Shown here one piece after another: positions 31,201-38,779 of a stretch of DNA of 59,180 nt. Position 1 is the stretch's first letter. Each line of letters begins with the position of its first letter. Position numbers and translations under genes: made by a program. Source of the DNA: a virus (lineage: Duplodnaviria > Caudoviricetes); IMG/VR virus record IMGVR_UViG_3300007514_000009, positions 1-59,180 of that record. One strand, written 5' to 3'. The notes below the pieces were generated by a model, which worked only from the letters and a program-made list of their open reading frames with translations, had not been told where the DNA came from and made no database searches.

Positions 31201-34200
31201 ATAGGTATTGGGCGTTTAGCCGCAAGAGAAATGCGATCAGGAACCCGAAATATCGCTATTGGTGCTTATGCTTTAGATGCCGCAGACACGGAATCCGATA
31301 ACATCGCCATCGGCTACGATGCGTTGGGTGGTGCTGTTGCGGGTGGTGAGAAGAACCTCGCCATTGGAAACTACACTCTCGATGCTTTGACGAGTGGGGA
31401 GAAGAACATCGCCATAGGTCACAACTCAGGAACAGGGCTAACAACCGGCTCAAATAACATCGCCATAGGATATGCCGTCTTAGATGCGGCAACTACCGAG
31501 AGTCACAACATAGGCATAGGATATGCCGCGCTTGGTGGTGCTTCGCTTTCAGGCGGCATAAACAACATGGCTCTCGGAAGTTATACTCTTGATGGCCTAA
31601 CAAGTGGAGATAACAATTTAGCAGTAGGTTATGATGCCGGAGGCTCAATTTCAACAGGTAGTCATAACACCACATTAGGCTACCAATCGGGGCGTTTGAT
31701 TCAAGCCGGAGATAAGAACATAACACTCGGATGGACTGCCGGAAATAACATCACTTCGGGCGACAACAATGTCGTTATCGGCGCGGCAGATGTAGCGAGT
31801 GCAACAGGCGACGACCAACTTTCCATATCATCAGGAGATGGTAGCCCTGTATGGATAACAGGGACAAGCGCAGGTGCAGTCAATCTTCCTAACTCGATAC
31901 TCACAATCGCCGGGTCTGTTGGATCCGATGGTCAAGTCCTGACTTCGACAGGTAGTGCTGTCGCTTGGGAAGATGCGGGCGGCGGCGGTGCTTCTGCTCT
32001 TAGTGGCTTGAGTGATGTTCTGATTGATGCTACCAATTGGACTAATGGATTCCTCATTCAACCGGATAGTGACGGTTCAGCACCAACGACAGGGACATTG
32101 AATGGGGCTTCTAACAATGTAGGCATTGGTTCAGATGCCCTGATGCAAATTACTTCCGGCGATCATAACATTGTCTTTGGAATGGAAGCGGGTCGTGGAA
32201 TCACAAGTGGTCAGCGAAACATATCAATCGGAGGGAATAGCAATTGGACAGGCGGAACTCAATCATACAATGTGGCCGTTGGCTACAATTCAATGAGTGG
32301 GGCGCAAAATGGAGCCGATAACAATGTGGCCGTTGGGTATGCGGCATTAGCAGGTTCATTGACGGCAGATGAGATAGTCGCTGTTGGAAATTATGCGGGA
32401 ACGGCACATACATCCGGTTCAGAAGCGGTCTATATTGGTGGAGATGCAGGGAGAGCGAACACCACAGGCTCAAGGAACATAGCGATTGGGTATCAGGCTT
32501 ATGATGGCGCAGATACGGAATCCGACAACATAGCAATTGGTCATTCTGCCCTCGGTGGTGCTGTCGCGGGTGGCGAGAAGAACATCGCTATTGGGAACTA
32601 TGCCGGAGATGCTGTGACATCAGGTGATGAAAGCGTATTGCTCGGATATAGGGCGGGGTCTGCTCAAACAACAGGCACTAAAATGGTGGCTATTGGGGCT
32701 GATGCGCTTTATCAAGGAACGGCTCAAAACTTCATGACCGCCGTAGGACATAGTGCCGGATATAGTCAAACAGGAACAGAAGGTGTCTTGATTGGTTCAG
32801 ATGCGGGTTATAATGGTGGTGCTTCGCATGGTGCTGTTCATGTCGGCAGACAAGCGGGCTACAACGCTACCGGAAACGACAATGTATCGGTTGGTCGCTT
32901 CGCCATGTTTAGTGCTTCATCGAGCAATACGGGTGAGAAGAATGTCGCAATAGGGAGAGCCGCGCTATACGGTCTTTCAAGCGGCCACAGAAATATCGCA
33001 ATCGGTTATGCGGCTCTCGATAATGCAGACACCGAATCAGATAACATCGCAATCGGTCATGACGCTCTCGGTGGTGCTGTTGCTGGTGGTGAGAAGAATG
33101 TCGTCATAGGAAACTATGCCGGTGATGCGCTAACAAGTGCTGATGGATCAGTAATGGTTGGTCATCAATCGGGAACAGCCGTAAGTTCAGGAGGATTAAA
33201 CACCCTTGTTGGTTATCAAACCGGAAGCCAAGTATCAACAGGAATTGGAAACACCATGCTTGGCTATCAGGCAGGGGGTTATGGAAATCATCAGTATTCG
33301 ATAGGAATTGGCTATGGAGCGATGCAAAGTGCCGATAACACGGGCGATCACAATATCGCAATAGGCTCATGGGCCATGCAGAATGGCGCATTGACGGGCG
33401 ATTACAATGTCGGATTAGGCTACAAGGCGGGCTACAATCTCGGTGCGGCGGCGCATAAGAACATCACCATAGGGCATCAATCCGGCGACAATATCACCAC
33501 CGGAGATTTCAATGTGATTATCGGTGGTGGCGATGCCGCAAGTGCAACAGGCGATAGTCAATTACTAATCTCATCAGGAGATGGCGGGGTTAGTTGGATT
33601 ACAGGAACGAGTGCAGGTGTAGTCAATATCCCCGGTTCTTTGACCGTGGCCGGATCTGCTGTCGGTGGTGCTTCTGACCTTGATGGCCTGTCTGATGCTA
33701 AGAAATCGGGAACTAACTTCACCGACAGCCTTCTCATCGGCCATCAATCAACAGGCACTCTATCGAATGCGATATTCAATGTGGCGGTTGGAACAACTGC
33801 GATGACGAGCATTACTTCCGCCGCGAACAATACTGCTGTTGGGTCTTATGCGGGACAACTGACGAGTTCCGGCCAGAACAACACCTACATTGGCTACAAG
33901 GCGGGCAGATACCTCACCACAGACAACTACAACACGGTTCTTGGGTATAGTGCATTGGGGTCGAACAATACCCGAACAGGAGAAACTGCATACAATGTCG
34001 TCATCGGTGCTTTCGCGGCAGATGCGGTCACAACTGCAAACAACTTAGTCGCGGTTGGTTATGGCGCACTTGGGTCGAACACATCGGGTCATACCAATAC
34101 TGCCATAGGGCAGAACGCCCAAACTGCAAATCTTACCGGACTATACAACACCAGTCTCGGATATGATACGCTCAAAGGAAACACCACAGGCTCACGGAAC

Positions 34201-35181
34201 ATAGCGATAGGCCACAAAGCGTTAGACGCGCCCGATACAGAATCCGACAACATAGCAATCGGCTACGATGCTCTCGGTGGTGCTGTTGCTGGCGGTGAGA
34301 AGAATATCGCTATTGGAAATTACACCCTCGATGCTTTGACGAGTAGCGACCAAACAGTAGCAATAGGACATGAAGCAGGTTCAGCGATAACAACCGGCTC
34401 ATGGAATACAGCAGTTGGAGATTCCTCGATGAAAAGCGTGAATACCGGCTACAAGAATACAGCACTCGGTTATCAATCCTTGAAAGCAACAACAGGCAGT
34501 AGCAATACAGCCGTTGGTTCAGAAGCAATTAGAGGTTCGGGAACCGGCCCTCAAAATACTGCTGTCGGCGCACAGGCTGGTTATGCGATGACCGATGGCT
34601 CAAATAATACCTTTCTCGGATTCCAAGCCGGAAATAACATCACGACAGGCCACAACAATGTCGTCATAGGAATGGCTGATGTGTCGGCAACAGGTAGCGA
34701 CCAATTATCCATATCATCAGGTGACGGTAGCCCCGTTTGGATTCAGGGCGATCAATACGGCAAGGTTGTTGGTAATCTTGTTCCCTTGACCTACACAAGA
34801 GGCGATTTGGATACTAACGCATACGACTTCCGTGTTCCTACTGAGTCAGGTTCATCTGCTACTCCTAACGCTTATCCAATGCCATTTGCAGGTAAAGTCC
34901 TGTATGCGTCATTCCAATTTTCTGGAGGCAGTATTTCGGGAACCGATGCCAATGTCATTAGGGTCAGAAGGAACGGCGGTTCATCCGGCTCGGACATTGA
35001 AGATGTGACCATGACTATTGGTGATGGTGCGTGGAGAAACACACAAGGCACTTCATACACTTGGCATAGTAGGTTTGATTTTGATTTCGACGCCGGAGAC
35101 ATCCTGCAAGTGAAGCGACAAAGCGGCTCAACAGATTTGAATAAAGGAGTAGCGACCCTGTGGGTGCAGTATAGATGGTGA
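22285..35181 (+). CDS. Giant repetitive fibre/adhesin (4298 aa) with an N-terminal tail-terminator/neck-like domain
   Basis: Single 12.9-kb ORF with a GAGGTGA SD. The first ~140 aa form a compact charged domain. This is followed by multiple shaft repeat families, four blocks of N-x-A-[IV]-G (YadA-head-like beta-roll) repeats and a C-terminal globular domain. Confidence 0.9.
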   Translation: MADAISAVRDLIESNWTKPPKPSIEDIAVLDRGDAKRVRMLDNDVIRIFETAHNEAQPELLYDYVNRHVNITLDVRTVKSRERLSELRTEVRRILHAFRKGDGVNFDRLIFKTRTDLSDRSKKLFRYTIQAEVVTFALVAGTDDTVVNPFTGVVSASTTYQTYDTGLTEIANLTPTNGYVIIGDGSSWTTSAVAGDITAVTAGTGLSGGGVTGDVTLNVSGLTVSELAAGSLQISSEAFADNDTTLMTSAAIQDKILSYGYTTAVGDITAVTAGSGLTGGGSSGDLTVTLDLKDEDNMASNSATHAASQQSIKAYVDAEVAGLVDSAPAALNTLNELAASLNDDANFSTTISTALGLRVRVDTNGQSLTNTQKANARTNIAVDVAGTDNSTNVTLAGSRDYLTISGQEITRGVIDISDDTNLAVSAPITLSGDTIGLADPANLSQLTESSDATDDKILLWDESASSWKYMTVDDLQDSIDTSTLAANDATITLTAGTGLSGGGDFTTNQSGNETLTFNVGGLTIAELAAGAILLSSESFVDSDTQLMTAKAIADKIESYGYTTQVGDITGVTAGAGLSGGGNSGALTLNLSHLGIESLSDPNDDRILFWDDSAGATAFLDIGSNLTITGTTIAATDTNTTYSAGTGLTLSGTTFSVSDPANLDELTESDDNPSDKILLWDESASVWKHMTIDNLGDALDVSTTLNALTDVTISNPAAGHVLVYDNTNSIFENTPLTAGSNISITNADGSITLASTDTNTQLSTEQVQDIVGAMFSSNTETRISATYEDGDGTIDLVVDDMTTNTQLSTEQVQDIVGAMFSSNTETRVSATYEDGDGTIDLVVDDMTANTNQLTTFVIRDDDDDSKTVAHNKYLKFASATGAAGTNWSGSGTTGDPWIMTITNPDTTYSVGDGGLTQNNFTNTLKTKLDGIEVSADVTDKANVGSALASLDGTDTLYIGDAGNDATIRVRGNFYVDGTTTSVNQTEVNVQNAFVFEGATSDNYETTLTITDPTADRTITLPNASGTISLSDTQLSTEQVQDIVGAMFASNTETRISATYEDGDGTIDLVVDDMTANTQLSTEQVQDIVGAMFSGNTETNTAVTYDDSDGTIDVVTTLDGGPLSTEAIQDIVGAMFSSNTETSITATYQDSDGTIDLVVLPGSDQGVVVNTGGALNTTSYMHLAFGGSSSGDPRGIALGHTTGGNNFPGWVTTYNDNNLLLDTNKGTNTGKIEIFEGSNNNIAITPHGTGKIILDGLSWPNADGTANYVLQTNGSGALSWAAQTSNTWRTVTVAGNASLTDSEALTFNAGSNVSITEQNGSVTIASTDTNTTYSAGNGLTLSGTTFTLADPATGTTIDESTADPADRLPIWDESASSWKYITIDDLQDEIDTASGGTVTEVTVGGGLDISNGTSTPSITLDFAELSASGTLVGTDDLVVIDDAATRKTQIDTIPLSIFSNDAGWTSNTGDITGVTAGAGLSGGGASGSVTLSLDDPANLSQLTESTDATDDKILLWDEDAGSWKYMTLDDLQDSIDTTASGGAGEAFKTISVSGQDDVVADGATDTLTLAGGSNVTITTTAGSDTITFASADTNTQLTDEYVQDLVGAMFSSNTETNTTVTYQDGDGTIDVVTTLDGAPLTTEAVQDIVGAMFSSNTETRVAVTYQDGDGTIDVVVDDMTANDNTWRTVTAGGNTLSTSETLAFTAGSNVTITESGGAVTIASTDTDTNTWRTVTAGGNTLSTSETLAFTAGSNVSITESGGAVTIASTDTNTTYSVGDGGLTEYNFTSTLRSKLLGVESDADITDKANVSAALASLTGDDTLYIGDSGDDTTVRVRGNFYVDGTTTSVNQTEVNVQNAFVFEGATADAYETTLTITDPTADRTITLPNASGTVSLSDTQLSTEQVQDIVGAMFSSNTETRISATYEDGDGTIDLVVDDMTANDNTWRTVTAGGNTLSTSETLAFTAGSNVTITESGGAVTIASADTNTQLSTEAVQDIVGAMFSSNTETRVAVTYQDGDGTIDLVVDDMTANDNTWRTVTAGGNTLSTSETLAFTAGSNVTITESGGAVTIAATGDVTTTATQTLTNKTYGPLSSGYVVMGASNDTLAITSNGAHNLHLSTNSNSNSGSILIQQGANQPISITPNGSGDVILDGLKWPQADGTANYVLKTDGNAQLSWVAQTSDTNTTYSGGTGLTLSSTTFNVDAAQTQITSIGTIGTGVWQGTAIAQAYIADQAINEAKLQVSNSPTNGYVLTAQSGNTGGLTWAAASSGGASALDGLSDAKSEGTDFSGSLLIGHQTHGTLSSADHNTGVGIAAMDAITSGDRNTALGHQALSGLTGGGDNTAIGKDALLANNNHGSVAIGAYAAHALSNGKGYTVVIGSQWNNNAFDAEKAVAIGRTALSNTTADYTVGIGSSAGYGITSGSGNIAIGKDAGYNVGTGARNIAIGYQAMDGASNDSDNIAIGYDALGGAVNGGEKNLAIGNYTLDALTSGDQNVALGYNAGGGITEGHSNVAIGHDALTATLIYGENVAIGQNALKQLTGNSYANTAIGRMSSTVMTYGEENTTIGYYSGAALANGAHRNILIGSYAGDNITTGDNNVVIGKADVTATGSDQLSISSGDGSPVWITGGSDGFVNFPASKIKLNDSYGSDGQVLTSTGSGVAWEAVSGGIASLAADSTPQLGGNLDVDGNDIVSTSNGPIDINPHGTGKVRINTTSTDGLKFDVRGNSNETVANFRISTTSTTSNAFAALQLISGTTGTSGTGQGARLQFRTGNDGYAGYTAGAIYSSRVDDSNHHLHIAPQGTGNVSLGNFTFNADQSVGSGQDNYVLTYDHSAETIGLEAAGGGGASALDDLSDAKTFATDNIGIGENTMSAENTGAQYNYAFGKGALQDLTTGDRNNAFGLYALGDITTTSYNVAMGDFAARNATGTGNTAIGRDAGRNITTGSYNTYLGYQAGSPNGAQSGTGDHNIGIGRLAAREMRSGTRNIAIGAYALDAADTESDNIAIGYDALGGAVAGGEKNLAIGNYTLDALTSGEKNIAIGHNSGTGLTTGSNNIAIGYAVLDAATTESHNIGIGYAALGGASLSGGINNMALGSYTLDGLTSGDNNLAVGYDAGGSISTGSHNTTLGYQSGRLIQAGDKNITLGWTAGNNITSGDNNVVIGAADVASATGDDQLSISSGDGSPVWITGTSAGAVNLPNSILTIAGSVGSDGQVLTSTGSAVAWEDAGGGGASALSGLSDVLIDATNWTNGFLIQPDSDGSAPTTGTLNGASNNVGIGSDALMQITSGDHNIVFGMEAGRGITSGQRNISIGGNSNWTGGTQSYNVAVGYNSMSGAQNGADNNVAVGYAALAGSLTADEIVAVGNYAGTAHTSGSEAVYIGGDAGRANTTGSRNIAIGYQAYDGADTESDNIAIGHSALGGAVAGGEKNIAIGNYAGDAVTSGDESVLLGYRAGSAQTTGTKMVAIGADALYQGTAQNFMTAVGHSAGYSQTGTEGVLIGSDAGYNGGASHGAVHVGRQAGYNATGNDNVSVGRFAMFSASSSNTGEKNVAIGRAALYGLSSGHRNIAIGYAALDNADTESDNIAIGHDALGGAVAGGEKNVVIGNYAGDALTSADGSVMVGHQSGTAVSSGGLNTLVGYQTGSQVSTGIGNTMLGYQAGGYGNHQYSIGIGYGAMQSADNTGDHNIAIGSWAMQNGALTGDYNVGLGYKAGYNLGAAAHKNITIGHQSGDNITTGDFNVIIGGGDAASATGDSQLLISSGDGGVSWITGTSAGVVNIPGSLTVAGSAVGGASDLDGLSDAKKSGTNFTDSLLIGHQSTGTLSNAIFNVAVGTTAMTSITSAANNTAVGSYAGQLTSSGQNNTYIGYKAGRYLTTDNYNTVLGYSALGSNNTRTGETAYNVVIGAFAADAVTTANNLVAVGYGALGSNTSGHTNTAIGQNAQTANLTGLYNTSLGYDTLKGNTTGSRNIAIGHKALDAPDTESDNIAIGYDALGGAVAGGEKNIAIGNYTLDALTSSDQTVAIGHEAGSAITTGSWNTAVGDSSMKSVNTGYKNTALGYQSLKATTGSSNTAVGSEAIRGSGTGPQNTAVGAQAGYAMTDGSNNTFLGFQAGNNITTGHNNVVIGMADVSATGSDQLSISSGDGSPVWIQGDQYGKVVGNLVPLTYTRGDLDTNAYDFRVPTESGSSATPNAYPMPFAGKVLYASFQFSGGSISGTDANVIRVRRNGGSSGSDIEDVTMTIGDGAWRNTQGTSYTWHSRFDFDFDAGDILQVKRQSGSTDLNKGVATLWVQYRW
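24550..28500 (+). repeat. Dispersed intragenic repeats: 9x QD[IL]VGAMF..NTET..TY.D.DGTID and 5x NTWRTVT..GN
   Basis: Counted in the translation. QDIVGAMF-type copies are near 24560, 24700, 25380, 25510, 25645, 27065, 27195, 27975 and 28245. TWRTVT copies are near 26135, 27330, 27465, 28112 and 28382. Confidence 0.85.
29095..34750 (+). repeat. Four super-repeat blocks of NxAIG beta-roll repeats
   Basis: Each block starts GGAS[AD]L.GLSD-like (~29095, 30825, 31985, 33664) and ends ISSGDG..WI (~30140, 31830, 33570, 34715). SDNIAIG..ALGGAV.GGEKN occurs 5 times. Confidence 0.85.
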
Positions 35182-35182
35182 T

Positions 35183-35395
35183 ATGATGGAATGGGATGAG
35201 TTTAGAGGAATCAGGCAGGGGCTACTTATGGTGATGGACAGGTATCAATTATCGATCATATACGATGGTTTGTCCGATGCCCAACGAACTGAATTGGCCC
35301 AATACAGGATTGATTTGTTAGATCTGCCGCAGAACTACGATACACCCGAAGAAGCCTTCGCCAACATACCTGTCGCACCGACATGGTTTAATTGA
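35183..35395 (+). CDS. Tail fibre assembly chaperone-like protein (Phage_tail_APC-like)
   Basis: W..R..R..LL..D.....D.LS..QR.EL..YR..L.DLPQ......P..P pattern, directly after the fibre gene. Confidence 0.8.
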   Translation: MMEWDEFRGIRQGLLMVMDRYQLSIIYDGLSDAQRTELAQYRIDLLDLPQNYDTPEEAFANIPVAPTWFN

Positions 35396-35417
35396 ATGGG
35401 ACACAGGGGGTTAGCAT

Positions 35418-35744
35418 ATGGCCCTGCGTATATCCTATGACTGCCCGACGCAAATTACCTGTGAAGCCGCGCATTGCATTATCCGAGAGGCTCGCATCGA
35501 TAAGAAGAAAGCGGAATACGACCAAGAAGGGGAAGAAATCAGCCCTTCAACATGGCCAGTGACCTATTCGGGGTTAATCTTTGCATCTGAGGATGCGTAT
35601 CTTGGCGATGCCTCTCCAGTTGGCGGTTTCAATTTCAACTTCTCTATGAACAATAACGTGGGCGCGACGCAACACAATCTCATCAAGCAATCATACTTGG
35701 ATCTCAAGACACAAGCAGGTTTTGAGGACAGCGAGGACTGTTAG
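35418..35744 (+). CDS. Fibre-associated protein (108 aa)
   Basis: MAL...QSYLDLKT..GFEDSEDC pattern typical of genes following phage fibres; TTTAATTGAA box 31 nt upstream. Confidence 0.7.
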   Translation: MALRISYDCPTQITCEAAHCIIREARIDKKKAEYDQEGEEISPSTWPVTYSGLIFASEDAYLGDASPVGGFNFNFSMNNNVGATQHNLIKQSYLDLKTQAGFEDSEDC

Positions 35745-35762
35745 TCCTAACAGTTTATGAAC
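35737..35762 (+). promoter_or_regulatory. 18-bp palindrome (ACTGTTAG-TC-CTAACAGT) abutting a TATA-like box TTTATGAA
   Basis: Perfect 8-bp inverted arms at 35737-35744 and 35747-35754. The TATA-like box starts at 35754, 30 nt before ATG 35784. Confidence 0.5.
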
Positions 35763-35783
35763 CAGTTATACCTCGGCGACCTC

Positions 35784-36065
35784 ATGTCCGATGAGGAAAT
35801 AGTTGAGGAGAACGAGGAACAAGAGGCACAGAGTTATACCGCAGTGGAGATAATCAAGGCACTTCAGATTACAAATGCTGACCGTCTTGCGTTTCTAAGC
35901 GTATTTGAGCGATTTGCAGTAGGCGTCGATGGAGCATTGTCGAAATTGAGAGCAGATGTAGCCGAATTGAATGCGGGGATAAACGCCAGAAACGAAGGCG
36001 AAGAAGCCGTTATACCGACAGACGTTCCTGAATCGGACGACGAAGCGGACGACGATTCTGAGTAA
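35784..36065 (+). CDS. Acidic coiled-coil protein (~93 aa)
   Basis: ATG 35784 (MSDEEIVEE) is preferred over 35757, which lies within the promoter-like box. Confidence 0.7.
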   Translation: MSDEEIVEENEEQEAQSYTAVEIIKALQITNADRLAFLSVFERFAVGVDGALSKLRADVAELNAGINARNEGEEAVIPTDVPESDDEADDDSE

Positions 36066-36124
36066 TTTCAAGTGCCTCCCGAACTGCTTAAGGATGATTG
36101 ACCGTCCAAGCAGTCTTGAGAACT

Positions 36125-38314
36125 ATGGCGAATGCACTATTCAAGGGAGATCTCGCAGAGGTTTCATTCGGAAAGGAAACCGGGTTTGCACTTACTGGAA
36201 CTGGCTCCGCTACGGGTTGGCAACACAGCGCATCTGCGGGCAATACCAGCACAATACTGATTGGGACTGGCGCGTATTTTCATACAGGTTCAGGCACTGA
36301 TGTCGAATTACCTGACAATATCCTCGTTGGATGCACAATGAAGATTACCGGCGGCACATCATTCGGTAGCGATGATTATGCATCCACACGCAGAGTGTAT
36401 TACATCACTGCAAATGACACAACAGCCGGAACCATCACGATACAACCAAGTTTGGCCACAGCAACAAGCACCAATGCGGGAACCGGCGATATTCTCTTGA
36501 TCGAGTCATTCAAAGCCCCCACTTTCGATGCGGCAATGAGTGATGCGACGAACAGCCAGAAGGTTATGACCGACCAGTTCATCGGTTTGCTCAATGAGTT
36601 TCAATTGCCTGAGCCTGAGATTGACGTGAGAAAACAGCACGTCATTGGCATGGGCAGGGATGTGAATGTTATTACGAGTGGCAGGGAAACGCTTGACGGC
36701 GGATCTCTCCAATTGAATGCACATACGCTCAGGTGGCTGAAATACGCTCTTGGAGGTCATACGGCTAAGAGTCAGGGGTCAATGGCCACCTACTCATCAA
36801 GCACGAATACGACTACACATCCGTTCAATATCGTCACTTCGGATCCATCAAGCACTGGCCGTGCTGAGAAGATTTCAAACGGGAATGCAGTCGATATCAG
36901 CGCAGTAGCGGGTTCAACTAACTTCACGGGTTTGGACGGCTTGAGTGGAATAGCGGCAGGAGATAACCTGCTCATCGGTGCAGATGTAGCGAGCGTCAGT
37001 AGCACCACAGCAACAATGACGGGCAATTCATTGAATCACTTTTCGGTTAAGAATACGGCAGGTGGCGTTCTCAAGGTAGGGAATGGTAGCGGAACTGTCC
37101 TATATGGGTCATATACGGGCATTTCAAGCAACGATCTGCAAGGCATAGCAGATATTGACACAGGAGCGGCGACAGCGGCTCTCGTAGCCAGCAAATGTAT
37201 TGTCCTACTCCCTCCCTTAGCCGCCGCTTGTTCCATTGGAGATATCCGCCTCAATGTAGGCGCAACGCTCCGTGCGTTGTTCTCAGCAGGGGACTATGTT
37301 CAGATAATCGACAAAGACACTCATCAAATCCCCGGCGAATCGACTGATGGGACACCTGCAACATTATTCAAGCACGAAATACGCCGAGTGATAGCCGCTT
37401 CTGGCGATTTCATCTATGTCGAGGAGCCTTTCACTTTCGCACACGCAGTCAATTCGTGTGGAATAGACCGACTTGTCTATTCATCTGATAACAGTCTGGG
37501 GAGCGCACATATCGCCTCCACAGGAGAGTTGCAGAACGGCGTCAGTCACACAATCTTCGGCCATTCAACCCTACCTTCCTTCACGATTGAGCAATCATTC
37601 CGCAATAGCGATGTGACCCCCGGAGGGGAACAGTTGCTTAGGCTGTATAGCGGATGTAAGGTGCAAGACGCTGAAGTGACAGCAGATACCGAGGGCGAAT
37701 TGAAACTTACAGCGAATTACCGTGCGGCAAGGCATTATACCGACACAGGCAGTATGTTTGCCCCTCACCGTATGTTCGACAACACTGCCAATACCGCCAC
37801 AAATAGAAAGGTATGCGGTATAGCCGTGGATGGAGAAAAGCCGTATCTATTCCAAGACATCAGCGTTGAGGTATTCGGCAAGCCAGTGCTTCGCGGCACA
37901 GAGTTCTCCCTTTCAGTGGATAATGGCAACACGGACAGGTGGTTCATCCGAGGATATGAAGGGACTACCAGCGACACCGATCAAGTGTCGCACGGTGGCA
38001 CTCAAATGCCATTGGATATCACAGAAGCGCAGCGCAACTACACATTCGCATTCAAGGCGATGATCGAAGATGATGTGCTATGGGAGGAATTGAGAACCCG
38101 GAGGCATCATCAGAATACAAATGATATCACAATCCGACTAAAGAAGGTAGGCAGTCACGCTACAAGGCAATCCGCAGTGATTACTATTGAAGATTACACT
38201 ATTACCAAAGCAGATCATCAAGTTCCGAGCGACAAGGGGCCAATTATCGCTGAAGTCGAATTGGTCGTTCGGCATCTTAAGGTGACAGAAGAATCACCAT
38301 ACTACATCCTATGA
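36125..38314 (+). CDS. Major tail tube protein with large insertions
   Basis: ATG 36125 (MANALFKGDLAEVSFGKE). Tube-like segments LPEPEID.RKQH.IG..RD, LKYALG, LPSFTIEQS, RLYSGCKV..AEVTA..EGELKL and EFSLSVDN. Located upstream of the chaperones and tape measure. Confidence 0.82.
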   Translation: MANALFKGDLAEVSFGKETGFALTGTGSATGWQHSASAGNTSTILIGTGAYFHTGSGTDVELPDNILVGCTMKITGGTSFGSDDYASTRRVYYITANDTTAGTITIQPSLATATSTNAGTGDILLIESFKAPTFDAAMSDATNSQKVMTDQFIGLLNEFQLPEPEIDVRKQHVIGMGRDVNVITSGRETLDGGSLQLNAHTLRWLKYALGGHTAKSQGSMATYSSSTNTTTHPFNIVTSDPSSTGRAEKISNGNAVDISAVAGSTNFTGLDGLSGIAAGDNLLIGADVASVSSTTATMTGNSLNHFSVKNTAGGVLKVGNGSGTVLYGSYTGISSNDLQGIADIDTGAATAALVASKCIVLLPPLAAACSIGDIRLNVGATLRALFSAGDYVQIIDKDTHQIPGESTDGTPATLFKHEIRRVIAASGDFIYVEEPFTFAHAVNSCGIDRLVYSSDNSLGSAHIASTGELQNGVSHTIFGHSTLPSFTIEQSFRNSDVTPGGEQLLRLYSGCKVQDAEVTADTEGELKLTANYRAARHYTDTGSMFAPHRMFDNTANTATNRKVCGIAVDGEKPYLFQDISVEVFGKPVLRGTEFSLSVDNGNTDRWFIRGYEGTTSDTDQVSHGGTQMPLDITEAQRNYTFAFKAMIEDDVLWEELRTRRHHQNTNDITIRLKKVGSHATRQSAVITIEDYTITKADHQVPSDKGPIIAEVELVVRHLKVTEESPYYIL

Positions 38315-38353
38315 GGCAAGCATTCAATAACTGATACAAGGGGCGTTATACAC

Positions 38354-38779
38354 ATGAGACTGAGCGGATTCATTACCGTCAATGGGGTCAGAGTAAGATT
38401 AGATTGGACATTATCTGGTGACAAGATCATCGAAGGGCCGGGAGTAAGCGCAAGCGAAATTGAATTATCAATGCCTCTCGCCACCCCGCTCAGTAGTGTA
38501 GTCCCAGAGGCAGATTCAGTCCATATGACTTACAATGACGGTTATGAAGCACATACCGTCACCGAATTGAGAACCATGTTGTCCCAACGAGGAGAACCGA
38601 TATACGGCAACAAGGCAGATTTGATAGCACGACTGAGGGGATGGGATGCCGCAAACCCCGAAGGTCTGAACGAAGTTTTGGTCGAAGAACCAGAAGAACC
38701 AGCAGTTGATGAGTCTGCTGACGAAAGCGAAACAATAGAGGAGGAAAATGAGGTGATTGATGATGGCGGAAGTGAATGA
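38354..38779 (+). CDS. SAP-domain protein with an acidic tail
   Basis: TVTELRTMLSQRGEPIYGNKADLIARL is a canonical SAP motif; TTCAATAA box 31 nt upstream. Confidence 0.82.
   Translation: MRLSGFITVNGVRVRLDWTLSGDKIIEGPGVSASEIELSMPLATPLSSVVPEADSVHMTYNDGYEAHTVTELRTMLSQRGEPIYGNKADLIARLRGWDAANPEGLNEVLVEEPEEPAVDESADESETIEEENEVIDDGGSE

Noticed and set aside
36125-38314. Contractile tail sheath
   Set aside because: The size is sheath-like, but the motifs are tube-like and there is no separate tube gene or gp25/baseplate-J wedge gene in the window.
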